DNA of 64,000 nucleotides. It comes from Planctomycetota bacterium (GTDB taxonomy: Bacteria; Planctomycetota; SZUA-567; H5-PLA8). Location of the stretch: assembly GCA_038227875.1 (NCBI GenBank), contig JBBRPR010000027.1, positions 1 to 64,000 on the forward strand, given 5' to 3'. The position numbers and the translations under genes were made by a program. Under the pieces are notes generated by a model. The model was not told where the DNA came from, did not search any database, and was given only the letters and a program-made list of their open reading frames with translations. Shown here in pieces: positions 1 through 8,683 of the stretch; position 1 is the stretch's first letter; every line of letters begins with the position of its first letter.

Positions 1-6
1 CATTGG

Positions 7-20
7 TCATCGGTCATTTT
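7..20 (+). repeat. Left att core direct repeat
   Basis: TCATCGGTCATTTT is identical to 10287-10300. The match extends to ATTG(G/C)TCATCGGTCATTTT. Confidence 0.75.
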
Positions 21-30
21 CACAAAAACC

Positions 31-95
31 AAGTCCTTTAGTACAAAGGATTTACAGGAACACTAAATTTGAAATGGATACCCCTTTCGGATACC
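31..95 (+). promoter_or_regulatory. Left att arm: IHF-like palindrome and two GGATACC putative integrase arm sites
   Basis: AAGTCCTTT-AGTAC-AAAGGATTT at 31-53. GGATACC at 76-82 and 89-95; the same motif is repeated at the right end. Confidence 0.6.
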
Positions 96-109
96 TCTAA
101 AAGATGAAT

Positions 110-364
110 TCAAAGTACCTCCCTAAAAATCGTTACGGGGTCCACGTCTAGGGCTCTGCAGTACTCGATAAACTCCAAAACATCTAACCTACGTTTTCCC
201 TTTTCAACCTTACCAACGTAACTCTCCCATATGGGCTTTCCTTCTGGGGTTTTCAATTTCTTACACAGGTCCCGTTGAGTAAGGTTTTGAGCCCTTCTCA
301 GACGAACTAGGATTTCAATTAATTTATCGTACCTAGGACTTCCGGGCTCTGTCATGGGAATCAT
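110..364 (-). CDS. XRE-family HTH transcriptional regulator
   Basis: LRRAQNLTQRDL...YVGKVEKGKRRLDVLEF pattern typical of XRE HTH proteins. Confidence 0.85.
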   Translation of the reverse strand: MIPMTEPGSPRYDKLIEILVRLRRAQNLTQRDLCKKLKTPEGKPIWESYVGKVEKGKRRLDVLEFIEYCRALDVDPVTIFREVL

Positions 365-382
365 CGTACACGGAAAAGAATA

Positions 383-436
383 AATCTAAAATGGGTTTGG
401 ATTTATCTTGAACCCAAAATGGGTTTAGCTTATATC
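383..436 (+). promoter_or_regulatory. Tandem palindromic operators overlapping a divergent sigma70-like promoter
   Basis: AATCTAAAATGGGTT (383-397) and AACCCAAAATGGGTT (411-425). TTGAAC-N17-TATATC at 408-436. Confidence 0.55.
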
Positions 437-690
437 AAAAGTCCATAACCCATCTTTGTTGTGCAGTGGACAACGATAGTTAGCATGTAGAATGAGACTC
501 TGTTAGAGTCAAACTTCACTCATTTGAAAACGGACAATGAAAACCCGCGTCACTCATGTTAAAGCCGTACCGTTATTCACCTTCAATGTAGAACAATTGC
601 CGAGCGCAAAAAAGACGATTCCACTGCGCCACGATTTTAATAAGCGGCTTTTTAGTCGTGACTTGGGAATTAATCTAGAGATAAAATAGC

Positions 691-1770
691 ATGTCGGGCC
701 GAGCCAACCTGTTCCTACTAACATGTGTGCTAACATGCCGTAGCATTTGGGCGGAGGAGCACCAAACTCGAGTTTTCCCTCCGCTAGATGAGAATGAGTC
801 GGTGGTGAAATATTCCGAAAGAGTGGGAGTACCTAGTACTAAAACTATTGAGCTCGGAAATGGCATTAAGATATATCTCGTGCTCATCCCACCCGGGAAG
901 TTTATGATGGGAACTGTCGATCCTAAAGAGCCATCAAGAACGGACGTCTTTGGAAAGGTGATCACCGGTTGCGGAATTGTCTGTATTCTTGCCATTGGTG
1001 TTTGGTATGCGATTCGGTGGAGAGCCTCCGGTCGTGTTTCCTCCTTTTCACTGCGCTTTCTAATCGGGATTTCGTTCGTGGTCGCACTAATTTTGTATGG
1101 TATCGTTGATTGGATATACATCTCAGATAAATGGGCAAAGTATTACGTGGAGCACGACCGAGCTAAATGGGCTGATAGCAATGAGAGACCAGCGCGCGTA
1201 TGCGAGATTCGCAAACCGTTTTATATGAGCCGTACAGAGATAACACAGGAACAATATTATGAAATAACGGGCTCAAATCCAAGTACTTTCATTGGCAAGA
1301 GCTTACCCGTGGAAACGGTGTCGTGGACTGAAGCTCACGATTATTGTGTGAAGGTGACAGCGGCAACTAAGATTTCTATCCGGCTTCCAAATGAGACCGA
1401 GTGGGAATATTCGTGCAGATCGGGAATGCAGACTAATTATTACAGCGGTGATTCGGAAGCTGACTTAAAGCGAGTGGGTTGGTATTGCGATAATAGTAAT
1501 TATGCTACGCATCCTGTCAGCCAAAAAGAGGCTAACGCCTTTGGCTTGTTCGATATGCATGGCAATGTCTGGGAGTGGTGCGAGGACTGGTATAGAAATG
1601 ATTCGAGTGGTGAAGAAGGAATTGCACCGTCAAATACGTTTCGCGTAATTCGAGGCGGCTCTATGAATATGGAAGCAAAAGGTTGTAGGTCGGCTAGTCG
1701 CGCTGGTACGAACGGGCCAGACGATAGGCACTACAGCATTGGTTTTCGAATCATAACCGATTGCAATTAG
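691..1770 (+). CDS. Membrane-anchored FGE-sulfatase (SUMF1/formylglycine-generating-enzyme-like) domain protein
   Basis: Motifs IPPGKFMMG, RLPNETEWEYSCR, NAFGLFDMHGNVWEWC, RVIRGGS and IGFR. Signal peptide and two inserted TM segments. Confidence 0.9.
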   Translation: MSGRANLFLLTCVLTCRSIWAEEHQTRVFPPLDENESVVKYSERVGVPSTKTIELGNGIKIYLVLIPPGKFMMGTVDPKEPSRTDVFGKVITGCGIVCILAIGVWYAIRWRASGRVSSFSLRFLIGISFVVALILYGIVDWIYISDKWAKYYVEHDRAKWADSNERPARVCEIRKPFYMSRTEITQEQYYEITGSNPSTFIGKSLPVETVSWTEAHDYCVKVTAATKISIRLPNETEWEYSCRSGMQTNYYSGDSEADLKRVGWYCDNSNYATHPVSQKEANAFGLFDMHGNVWEWCEDWYRNDSSGEEGIAPSNTFRVIRGGSMNMEAKGCRSASRAGTNGPDDRHYSIGFRIITDCN

Positions 1771-1793
1771 CCGATCGTACCGAATTAGCCACT

Positions 1794-2167
1794 GGGGCCG
1801 AATGACTTACAGGCCCCCCTTCAGAGTGAATAGCATAGGCTGCATAAGCACTTACATCAACCCAACTTTCGCTATTGAAAGTCTATAAATTAGGTTGCTA
1901 GATTAGCGATTCTAGCACAGTTTCCAGCATTGGCCGGACTTGCAAGAACGAAGTATTGAGCAGAATTTGACCGATTTCAAACGATGTGCCACAGGTAATC
2001 GTCTTCAAATGCGACGCGAGGCGGCTGCCGATGAGGTGAAAGCTCACAATGCTAGTAACGACTTTAAGAAAGGGTTTGCAGATGAGTGCAAAGCAAAATA
2101 CAAAGTGAGCGATCCATCTGATCCCCCATGTTTGGCCTGTGACAGCACGCCAAAGTACAAGGAGTAG
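1794..2167 (+). pseudogene. Degenerate ORF remnant (copy A), possibly a toxin C-terminal tip
   Basis: Interrupted frame ending in a Cys-containing tail (NLTDFKRCA...CLACD). Shares sequence blocks with 2933-3056. Confidence 0.35.
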
Positions 2168-2193
2168 TCGCGTTCTGAGAAAGGGTCACTCTC

Positions 2194-2637
2194 ATGCATA
2201 TACTTTTGGTAATCTGCTCGATAATGTTGATACCTTGTTTGTTTGCTGCCGAATTGGGATCGCCGACGACCGACGAACGACTGAAAGGTTTAATTGGAAA
2301 GTATGACACATTCATTCGTGGAAAGGTGGTTTCCATATCACATAACCAGAACGCCCCGGAGGACTTTAAGGCTTTCACAGTTGTAGTCGAAGTGGAAGAA
2401 CAACTAAGCGGTGCGCCATACAATGAGAAACAGATTTCCGTTTTTATACACAGTCCTACAATGGAATTTGGAGGATTGCGAGAAAACGAGATTAAGGAGC
2501 ATCAATGTGTTTTTGCTTGTTCGTTTAAGGACGGAAAATTACAGGGATCGGCAACGCCGTTCGAAGGCCACGTCTTCAACGCGGCTGATATTGAAAGATT
2601 AAAGAAGTTCTTAAAAGAATCTAATGCCAAGAAATAA
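2194..2637 (+). CDS. Secreted hypothetical protein (possible immunity protein)
   Basis: 147-aa ORF with an N-terminal hydrophobic signal, directly behind the remnant ORF. Confidence 0.7.
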   Translation: MHILLVICSIMLIPCLFAAELGSPTTDERLKGLIGKYDTFIRGKVVSISHNQNAPEDFKAFTVVVEVEEQLSGAPYNEKQISVFIHSPTMEFGGLRENEIKEHQCVFACSFKDGKLQGSATPFEGHVFNAADIERLKKFLKESNAKK

Positions 2638-2706
2638 ATCAGCGGCCTAGAAGCCGATGGAGTGTAGCGGCTCAGGGTGTCCCCGCCCAAATTCTGATCG
2701 AAGTCG

Positions 2707-3056
2707 TTGCCAAATTCGCTCTGTACAAATGTAGCCCTAAAACAGGCCCGTATTCCCGAATTGTTGAGAAAATTGGAGCAGCGCAAGCGTGCGGGAATCC
2801 ATGGCTCCGGGTATGGAACGCTTACGATTTTCGATTACGATAGTTGCGCGTCTGGAGAATCTTATGCTCCGCATTCGCACCCCTCAACCGACCAATGCGC
2901 CGACATCGTGATTTTAGCAAACGAAGGTTGAAGGGGCCGAACGACTCTCAGGCCCCCTGTTAGCGTAGGCATCCAGAAGTTTCACAAGGTGCTTTATCCC
3001 GATCATTGAACGTTCTGCGAGCCTGTGCGGAATTTGGCCGATTTCAAACGATGTGC
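2707..3056 (+). pseudogene. Degenerate ORF remnant (copy B)
   Basis: In-frame stops. Block GCGGAATTTGGCCGATTTCAAACGATGTGC matches 1960-1989 at 28/30. Confidence 0.3.
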
Positions 3057-3240
3057 AGCATTTGTGTAGGGGCTATATCGTTTTATTCTTGCGCTAAAAT
3101 AGTCCATTTCATTATGCATTTGTATTCCTATTAAAATTAAATGTAGCATCAGATTAACAACAAACGGGAAAGGCAAATTAACCGCTACTAGGTCGGGATG
3201 GAATCCGCTAGTAAAACCTGATGCTACAAGTCGATACGTA

Positions 3241-3363
3241 TTACTTTCCTTTGGGTGTACCAGCAGTACCAGAAGTAGGTGCTGGGGGAGGTAGTTTATT
3301 GGGCTGAGAAATTGGAACAGGCATAGACTTCTGAGGTGGTAACTTATTAATTTTGATTTGCAT
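3241..3363 (-). CDS. 40-aa Pro/Lys-rich small protein (below the ORF-track cutoff)
   Basis: MQIKINKLPPQKSMPVPISQPNKLPPPAPTSGTAGTPKGK*. ATG lies 1 nt after the upstream stop, with AAAGGA as RBS. Confidence 0.55.
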   Translation of the reverse strand: MQIKINKLPPQKSMPVPISQPNKLPPPAPTSGTAGTPKGK

Positions 3364-3364
3364 C

Positions 3365-4303
3365 TTATTTTCCTTTTAAGTACATGTCGATTAAACGATT
3401 CTGTTCTATTTTAGAGAATGCCTGAACTGGTTCTTGTACTTGAACTATTGGGGCTTCAGGCTGTACATGAACTCTGGTATTATTTCTTAACTCGGAATCA
3501 ATAACTAGGGCTACTCTATTCATAGCATCCGTACAAGTATTTTCAATATCTCTTGACGTACTGGCGATGAAATTTAGATGCTTGTCACGTTCAGATGACA
3601 ATGGGGATAGTTCTGAAGTAACGGCATTAACCTCGTCGCGTAGGGCCTTTAGCTTAATTTCTAACGGAGTAATATCCGTATTTAAAGTACTAATTTTGTT
3701 CTGTAAATCCTCAATTTTGAATTGGTGCTCTTTTCTAAATGCTTCTTTCAATTCATTAAGGAGGTTACCTAGATGCTTTCTATCTGCATCGGATGGATCA
3801 AAGGCAAGAATTTTGGGGTAGTAATTACGTACTAGAACCGTGTAATAATTAACGGGCTCAATCGTTTTCTGAAGGTCCAGAATCATTTCTTGTAGGGAAT
3901 ACATATCTAAAGTCAACTCCTCCCGGCGCAAACTGAAATTATCAACGTCCGACGTGGTTGCTTTAAATCTGAATTTGTCCTTACGGGTTTGGGACTCACT
4001 AGCTTTAACGGTCTCAAGTTCCGAGCACAATTCTTGGAGCTTGGCTCTGTACCCCTCTAATTCGGCCTGAAGTAGTCTACGGGAGGCTAAATTATCAAGG
4101 ATAGCACTATTAGCATCTTCGTTGGCTTTGGATTTAGCATCTTCCAAGGTTTTAATACTAGCCTGTGCTAGTTCCTCATGTGAGCGCAAGTGCTGAACTT
4201 CCTGAACTACAGGTGCTACAGGGAGTACACGATTAGGGTTTTTCGTCTGAGGTACTGATTCGGGCTCTGGATTTACATTGTAATTTGTTCTTATTTCGTT
4301 CAT
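3365..4303 (-). CDS. Long coiled-coil hypothetical protein
   Basis: 312 aa, heptad-like and E/L/K-rich. AGGA RBS upstream. Confidence 0.8.
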   Translation of the reverse strand: MNEIRTNYNVNPEPESVPQTKNPNRVLPVAPVVQEVQHLRSHEELAQASIKTLEDAKSKANEDANSAILDNLASRRLLQAELEGYRAKLQELCSELETVKASESQTRKDKFRFKATTSDVDNFSLRREELTLDMYSLQEMILDLQKTIEPVNYYTVLVRNYYPKILAFDPSDADRKHLGNLLNELKEAFRKEHQFKIEDLQNKISTLNTDITPLEIKLKALRDEVNAVTSELSPLSSERDKHLNFIASTSRDIENTCTDAMNRVALVIDSELRNNTRVHVQPEAPIVQVQEPVQAFSKIEQNRLIDMYLKGK

Positions 4304-4365
4304 TTGGATTTTCCTAAAATGTTAGTATCTCTTCCTTCACATAAATATAATCCGGCATACTTTTA

Positions 4366-4788
4366 CTAAAAAAGTACAGCTATCACACGGTTAGAATTGA
4401 ACGTCAAAAGTACTAAGGGCTTACTAATTGAAAATTTAGAGAGATCATTTTCAATTACAGTCCAAGTCCCATTTTTATTAATAAGTACCTCATCATACGG
4501 AGTATCCTTCAGGGAATTAGCAATTCGGTAGCATGTTTGACGTGTTAGATGGATATCGTAATCCATTAATAACGTCCCCGGTAATTCAGGGATGGTTAGC
4601 CATTTCTGAGGACTAACTCTAAAAAGAGCCCTACATACGGACTCTGAGCTATCCGGGGTAAGTCCCTCCGAACGTAGGACTGCATCTAGCTCAATTGCAA
4701 GATCGTACCGTTTGGACTTACTAACACGGCTAAGACATTCAGGTATTAATAATTTAAGGACTTTAAGGCGTTCGTCTAGTGTGAGCAT
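4366..4788 (-). CDS. Hypothetical protein
   Basis: 140-aa ORF co-oriented with the element core. Confidence 0.65.
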   Translation of the reverse strand: MLTLDERLKVLKLLIPECLSRVSKSKRYDLAIELDAVLRSEGLTPDSSESVCRALFRVSPQKWLTIPELPGTLLMDYDIHLTRQTCYRIANSLKDTPYDEVLINKNGTWTVIENDLSKFSISKPLVLLTFNSNRVIAVLF

Positions 4789-5180
4789 ATCACCATTTGG
4801 GGTTAGTTTTGATTAAGACTAATTACAAAGTATTAATTAGTAGGATTCAAATTGAATCTAAGTTTTAATATGTCCCGGGATTAGAGGTAATATTACAATG
4901 TTCTAATAACATTATTACTATTTATTAATTTCCCTAGTGTGGTGAGCTGAGGAGCGATACTAGCGCAGGGGGTGTGTAAACTCAGGAAGAACCTAAGATT
5001 CCTAGGCAAATCGTCTTTTAACCTTTGTTTCTAAGGCATGAGTATAACCTGTTACTGCTAATGGACTTATAAGTATCATTTGGACTATGCCTTTAAACGT
5101 ACACAGTTCAACGCTACTAAGTTCAGACTACCGGCCTTCACTATTACGCCTTAGGACTGAGATAAGCCTATAGCTTTGCT

Positions 5181-5432
5181 TCTATCGTCACTAATACGCA
5201 AAGGTGACGATAGATTCAGGTTCAGGTTTTACCTATGAAAGGTGACGATGGTGACGATAGTGACGATAGAATCCGGGAGAAGTGGCAACAGCACGTTAGG
5301 GTGACGCTATATCTCTTTATCTATACCTTTTTATGATAAAGAATAAGTATCGTCACTATCGTCACTATCGTCACCTTTCATAGGTAAAACCTGAACCAAA
5401 TTCTATCGTCACTTATCGTCACTATCGTCACC
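5181..5432. repeat. Putative replication origin: GTGACGATA iterons and a 50-bp inverted repeat around an AT-rich core
   Basis: About a dozen GTGACGAT(A/G)-type copies on both strands. 5219-5268 is the inverted repeat of 5348-5397 with one mismatch. Lies directly downstream of the helicase gene. Confidence 0.8.
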
Positions 5433-6974
5433 TGTGATTGGTACGCGTTTAATAATATAGTACTTCCCGGACTTCGTCTTTTTACTTTGTACCTCAATAC
5501 CAAGCTCTTCCCGGATTGCCTCCACGAGTCTATCCAACCTTGCTTTGAGCTTATTTGGTGCACTAGGAAACTCCACAGGGACCTTATTATTTCCATACGT
5601 CCCCTGTAGTGCCAGTAGTAGACCCTGTGCCGTACCATTAAATATTACTTCCTGTTGTCCCGGGCATGCGGAAACTAAAACCTGAAGAGCCAATCCCACG
5701 GAGTCATTCTCAAGAGTGACTGTGCTGCAGTTACTGATATTCTTGAGATACGCTGAACTAAAGCTACCTTTAGGCAATCCTAGCTTGAACTCACACGCAT
5801 TTACCCAGATGTAAAATCCACTCATCCTAGGCAAGTTTTCTTTTGGCACTAGATTTGAATTCTGAAGTCCAAAACTAACGGCGTCTAATAGTGCCCCTAA
5901 AATATGAGGTACTTCGGAGTTAAAATCTTTATTATACTGCACCTCATCTACGCGTTCAGTCTTTGGGATTTCAGGCAAATCCAGCAATATACATCTACTC
6001 AATAAATCCCCCTTAGTTACTAGCTGCTCGATACAATTAATCATGCAGGGTTTTCTGGACTTAAACGAAGTCTGATCCGTATTTGCGTACAGCGTACGTT
6101 TACTTAACGCGCACCCCGTACTTAGTTTTGATAAATTATCACTATCCCTGAGTGATAGGTGAGATAGATTTTCAAAGATTAGGACTTGGTTAAATTTAGT
6201 TATCATCATTAACTGATCGGCTTCCGTTGGTAGTGCTATCCGCATTGAATCGTTAGGGTCAATTAATAATTTAGTAAATTCGCATAGCGTACTTTTAGCT
6301 GAACTATGCGGACCTATCACCACTAAATGCGGATAGCTCCCCTCGGGATTAAATAGCTGGATCAAAAATCCTAGATACAAAGCCCATGCGTCATCTGTCC
6401 TTATATTGACGTACTTTCTTAGAGCCTGAACTGTTCCACCCCGTATAGGTTTTGGTAGTGCTAGATTCTGCGGGGAGCGTATGAAATTTACTGGAGGATT
6501 TTTAATCTCCTCCCACCCATGAGAGCTAATTTTTATTACCGTCCATTCATCGTTGCATAGGTCCAGATAAATGTTATCCCCATGCTTGGCAATTCTAAAA
6601 TGTACCTCATCTTTCGTTCCTATACCACCTTCAATAATCATACTCTCTAACTGCAAGACAGCTTCAGTAATATTAGTTGAGTTTGGGAAGTCCTTATGGG
6701 TTAACTGATACATAACCCGCATTACACGTGCGAATGCAATTGATTTCAGTTCAAGTATTTTCGACGTGGAATTATGAGGCACTTTCACAAAGCACTCAAA
6801 CTTTGCATTGTAAAAAAACTTAAACGCTGAAAGTGCCTGATTTACCAATTTTGTTACCGCATGCACTGATTTTGGTTTCTTTACTTTTTTATCATCATCA
6901 TTTTCGTCATTATTCAGGCTACAATCGTTAGGAATTGGGGTTTCCATCTTGGACTCCATATCGGTTAAAGGCAT
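5409..6974 (-). CDS. Primase-associated P-loop NTPase/helicase of mobile elements
   Basis: Walker A-like GPHSSAKST, Walker B-like LIFENL, motifs RTLY and DLLSR. Overlaps the primase gene. Confidence 0.8.
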   Translation of the reverse strand: MPLTDMESKMETPIPNDCSLNNDENDDDKKVKKPKSVHAVTKLVNQALSAFKFFYNAKFECFVKVPHNSTSKILELKSIAFARVMRVMYQLTHKDFPNSTNITEAVLQLESMIIEGGIGTKDEVHFRIAKHGDNIYLDLCNDEWTVIKISSHGWEEIKNPPVNFIRSPQNLALPKPIRGGTVQALRKYVNIRTDDAWALYLGFLIQLFNPEGSYPHLVVIGPHSSAKSTLCEFTKLLIDPNDSMRIALPTEADQLMMITKFNQVLIFENLSHLSLRDSDNLSKLSTGCALSKRTLYANTDQTSFKSRKPCMINCIEQLVTKGDLLSRCILLDLPEIPKTERVDEVQYNKDFNSEVPHILGALLDAVSFGLQNSNLVPKENLPRMSGFYIWVNACEFKLGLPKGSFSSAYLKNISNCSTVTLENDSVGLALQVLVSACPGQQEVIFNGTAQGLLLALQGTYGNNKVPVEFPSAPNKLKARLDRLVEAIREELGIEVQSKKTKSGKYYIIKRVPITGDDSDDK

Positions 6975-7929
6975 CTGTAATTTTACGCACTAATTCACTT
7001 CTTGGATACATCGGATCGCACTTGTAATTATTCAGTATTAGCTCTATTGCTATTTCCGGATTTAATCGATACGTTTCAATTAACGTCCGGATCACATACC
7101 ACGTATAGCTATCTCTTCCCCCGCCATTTCTATCTTTAGCTCGAATCGCTGGGAGAGTAGATAACCACCCTCTGGCACAGGATTCCATTAGTGAAGTATC
7201 TAGACCTACTAGGGGGGCTATTCTTAAGGGCTCTTCAGGAATGTTGGATTTCGCTTCGCTCCATTTATCAGCAAACCAGTTATTATAATCCTCAATTTTA
7301 GGGATATCCGATTTTATAATTCCGAATGAATTCTCAGTAGGTTTAGCCGTCCATAGCCAGCACAATTGTCTCCCTTGAGCAGTGGGATCACATTTTAATT
7401 TAAATCCACGCGTTAGAATTCTCGATACATGAGAATTAATTTTCTTAACCCCTAATCCATCGGTACCCAACGGTATTTTGATTGTACTTGGCAAATCCAA
7501 ATAAATTCGTACGCCACTACCCCCTGTACTGAAAGTAATAAAGCATTGCCCATCCATTTTGGCATCAAATTCTAATGCCGCTTTTATTGCTTCGTTTGTG
7601 CTCTTATACTGGGCTGTCTTATTTCCCTTCTCCACATCTAAATCGAAGAAGATGTAGTCATAGCAATAATCCCGATGATTGCAGGTGCTACATCCTAACT
7701 TCAGCCATTGGGGGTTATAATCCAAATCCATATAGTTCACGAAGGGTCGTAGTGATTGCGTACCATATCCAAAATACGCAAATTCATAAAACTTCCAGTA
7801 CTTTCCTTTCCATGGATTAAGCCCTACATCATTCTTAATGAGGTCAAGTATTTTCATACTGAAACAAACCCGGGATTCATTTGAATTAATCTTGTAATAG
7901 TGTTCAGCACTACAGTACTTAACTCGCAA
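6928..7929 (-). CDS. AEP-superfamily primase/polymerase with PriCT-like C-terminal domain
   Basis: FFDLD (DxD motif) and STGGSGVRIY (motif II-like). C-terminal GGGRD...NNYKCDPMYPRSEL resembles PriCT. Start codon uncertain. Confidence 0.7.
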   Translation of the reverse strand: MRVKYCSAEHYYKINSNESRVCFSMKILDLIKNDVGLNPWKGKYWKFYEFAYFGYGTQSLRPFVNYMDLDYNPQWLKLGCSTCNHRDYCYDYIFFDLDVEKGNKTAQYKSTNEAIKAALEFDAKMDGQCFITFSTGGSGVRIYLDLPSTIKIPLGTDGLGVKKINSHVSRILTRGFKLKCDPTAQGRQLCWLWTAKPTENSFGIIKSDIPKIEDYNNWFADKWSEAKSNIPEEPLRIAPLVGLDTSLMESCARGWLSTLPAIRAKDRNGGGRDSYTWYVIRTLIETYRLNPEIAIELILNNYKCDPMYPRSELVRKITDAFNRYGVQDGNPNS

Positions 7930-8147
7930 TCCCAGATTCCTGACTCATTTTGAAACCAAATCTCATTAAATAGTTCTTCATGAATTTTATTTTTGCAATC
8001 ATGGGACTCTAAGTCCTCTAATAATTCTGGAATATTTACATAGCGTCGGGGTAACTGTCCCCCAAGTGCTATACTGCAATCGCACACGGCGTTAATTAAC
8101 TCCGCATAAGTTTTGATCTTATCAACTTTATTAATCATCGTATCCAT
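7854..8147 (-). CDS. Hypothetical protein
   Basis: 97-aa ORF with GGAG RBS, in the operon between the HTH and primase genes. Confidence 0.65.
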   Translation of the reverse strand: MDTMINKVDKIKTYAELINAVCDCSIALGGQLPRRYVNIPELLEDLESHDCKNKIHEELFNEIWFQNESGIWDCELSTVVLNTITRLIQMNPGFVSV

Positions 8148-8208
8148 TTAGTACTCCATATTTTTAGGTGTAGTTGCTGACTCTATTAGTGCCACAAAGC
8201 ACTATTAG

Positions 8209-8427
8209 TTATTCAGTCTTTGTGTTTACTTTTTCGTATTGCTGTAATAGGACTGCAAAATACTCTGTAGGACTAACGCCTAATACTTTAGCAACCTTGA
8301 CTAACATAGAAATTTTGGGATTAGCCTTCTTCTCAAGGCTATTGACAGTACCCTGCGAAATTTTCGCATAGCATGCAAGGTCCTCGTGCCGAAGTCCTTT
8401 AGAAATTCTTAGTTCTCGTGGTGTCAT
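8209..8427 (-). CDS. XRE/Cro-like HTH protein
   Basis: ELRISKGLRHEDLACYAKISQGTVNSLEKK...LVKVAKVLGVS. Confidence 0.85.
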   Translation of the reverse strand: MTPRELRISKGLRHEDLACYAKISQGTVNSLEKKANPKISMLVKVAKVLGVSPTEYFAVLLQQYEKVNTKTE

Positions 8428-8500
8428 GGGCTATACCTATACTTTGGGGTTAAAAAAATTCTGAATAAAACAAACGTCTGTTTAATATACTACGCTACTA

Positions 8501-8528
8501 ATTATAACATATTAAATCCAAAAGTCAA
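8501..8528 (-). promoter_or_regulatory. Sigma70 promoter for the HTH-primase-helicase operon
   Basis: Minus-strand TTGACT-N16-TATAAT with extended -10 (TGT). Confidence 0.65.
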
Positions 8529-8625
8529 GGAACTACTGACCTATATTCTGTGGATTGTCAACATATTTCTTTGTAATTATTTGATTTCTTTATCATCTGA
8601 GCTTGCATTCAAAATCAAATAAATA

Positions 8626-8651
8626 AGGACTCCCATTCGTAGCGGAGTCCT
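8626..8651 (-). terminator. Hairpin after the integrase gene
   Basis: AGGACTCC...GGAGTCCT stem followed by a T-rich tract on the minus strand. Confidence 0.55.
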
Positions 8652-8683
8652 ATAAAGGTGCAGATTAAAAGTCAGATGAACTA

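Noticed and set aside
1630..1770. FGE/C-type-lectin-fold C-terminus as a diversity-generating retroelement target
   Set aside because: I found no template repeat, reverse transcriptase or Avd-like gene in the window. A remote DGR cannot be excluded.
1794..3056. Integron attC sites with cassettes
   Set aside because: The repeats lack the RYYYAAC/GTTRRRY core ends, and the recombinase does not resemble IntI.
3170..3230. c-di-GMP-I riboswitch (GAAAGGCAAA)
   Set aside because: The following GNRA stem and GACGCAAAGC segment are absent.
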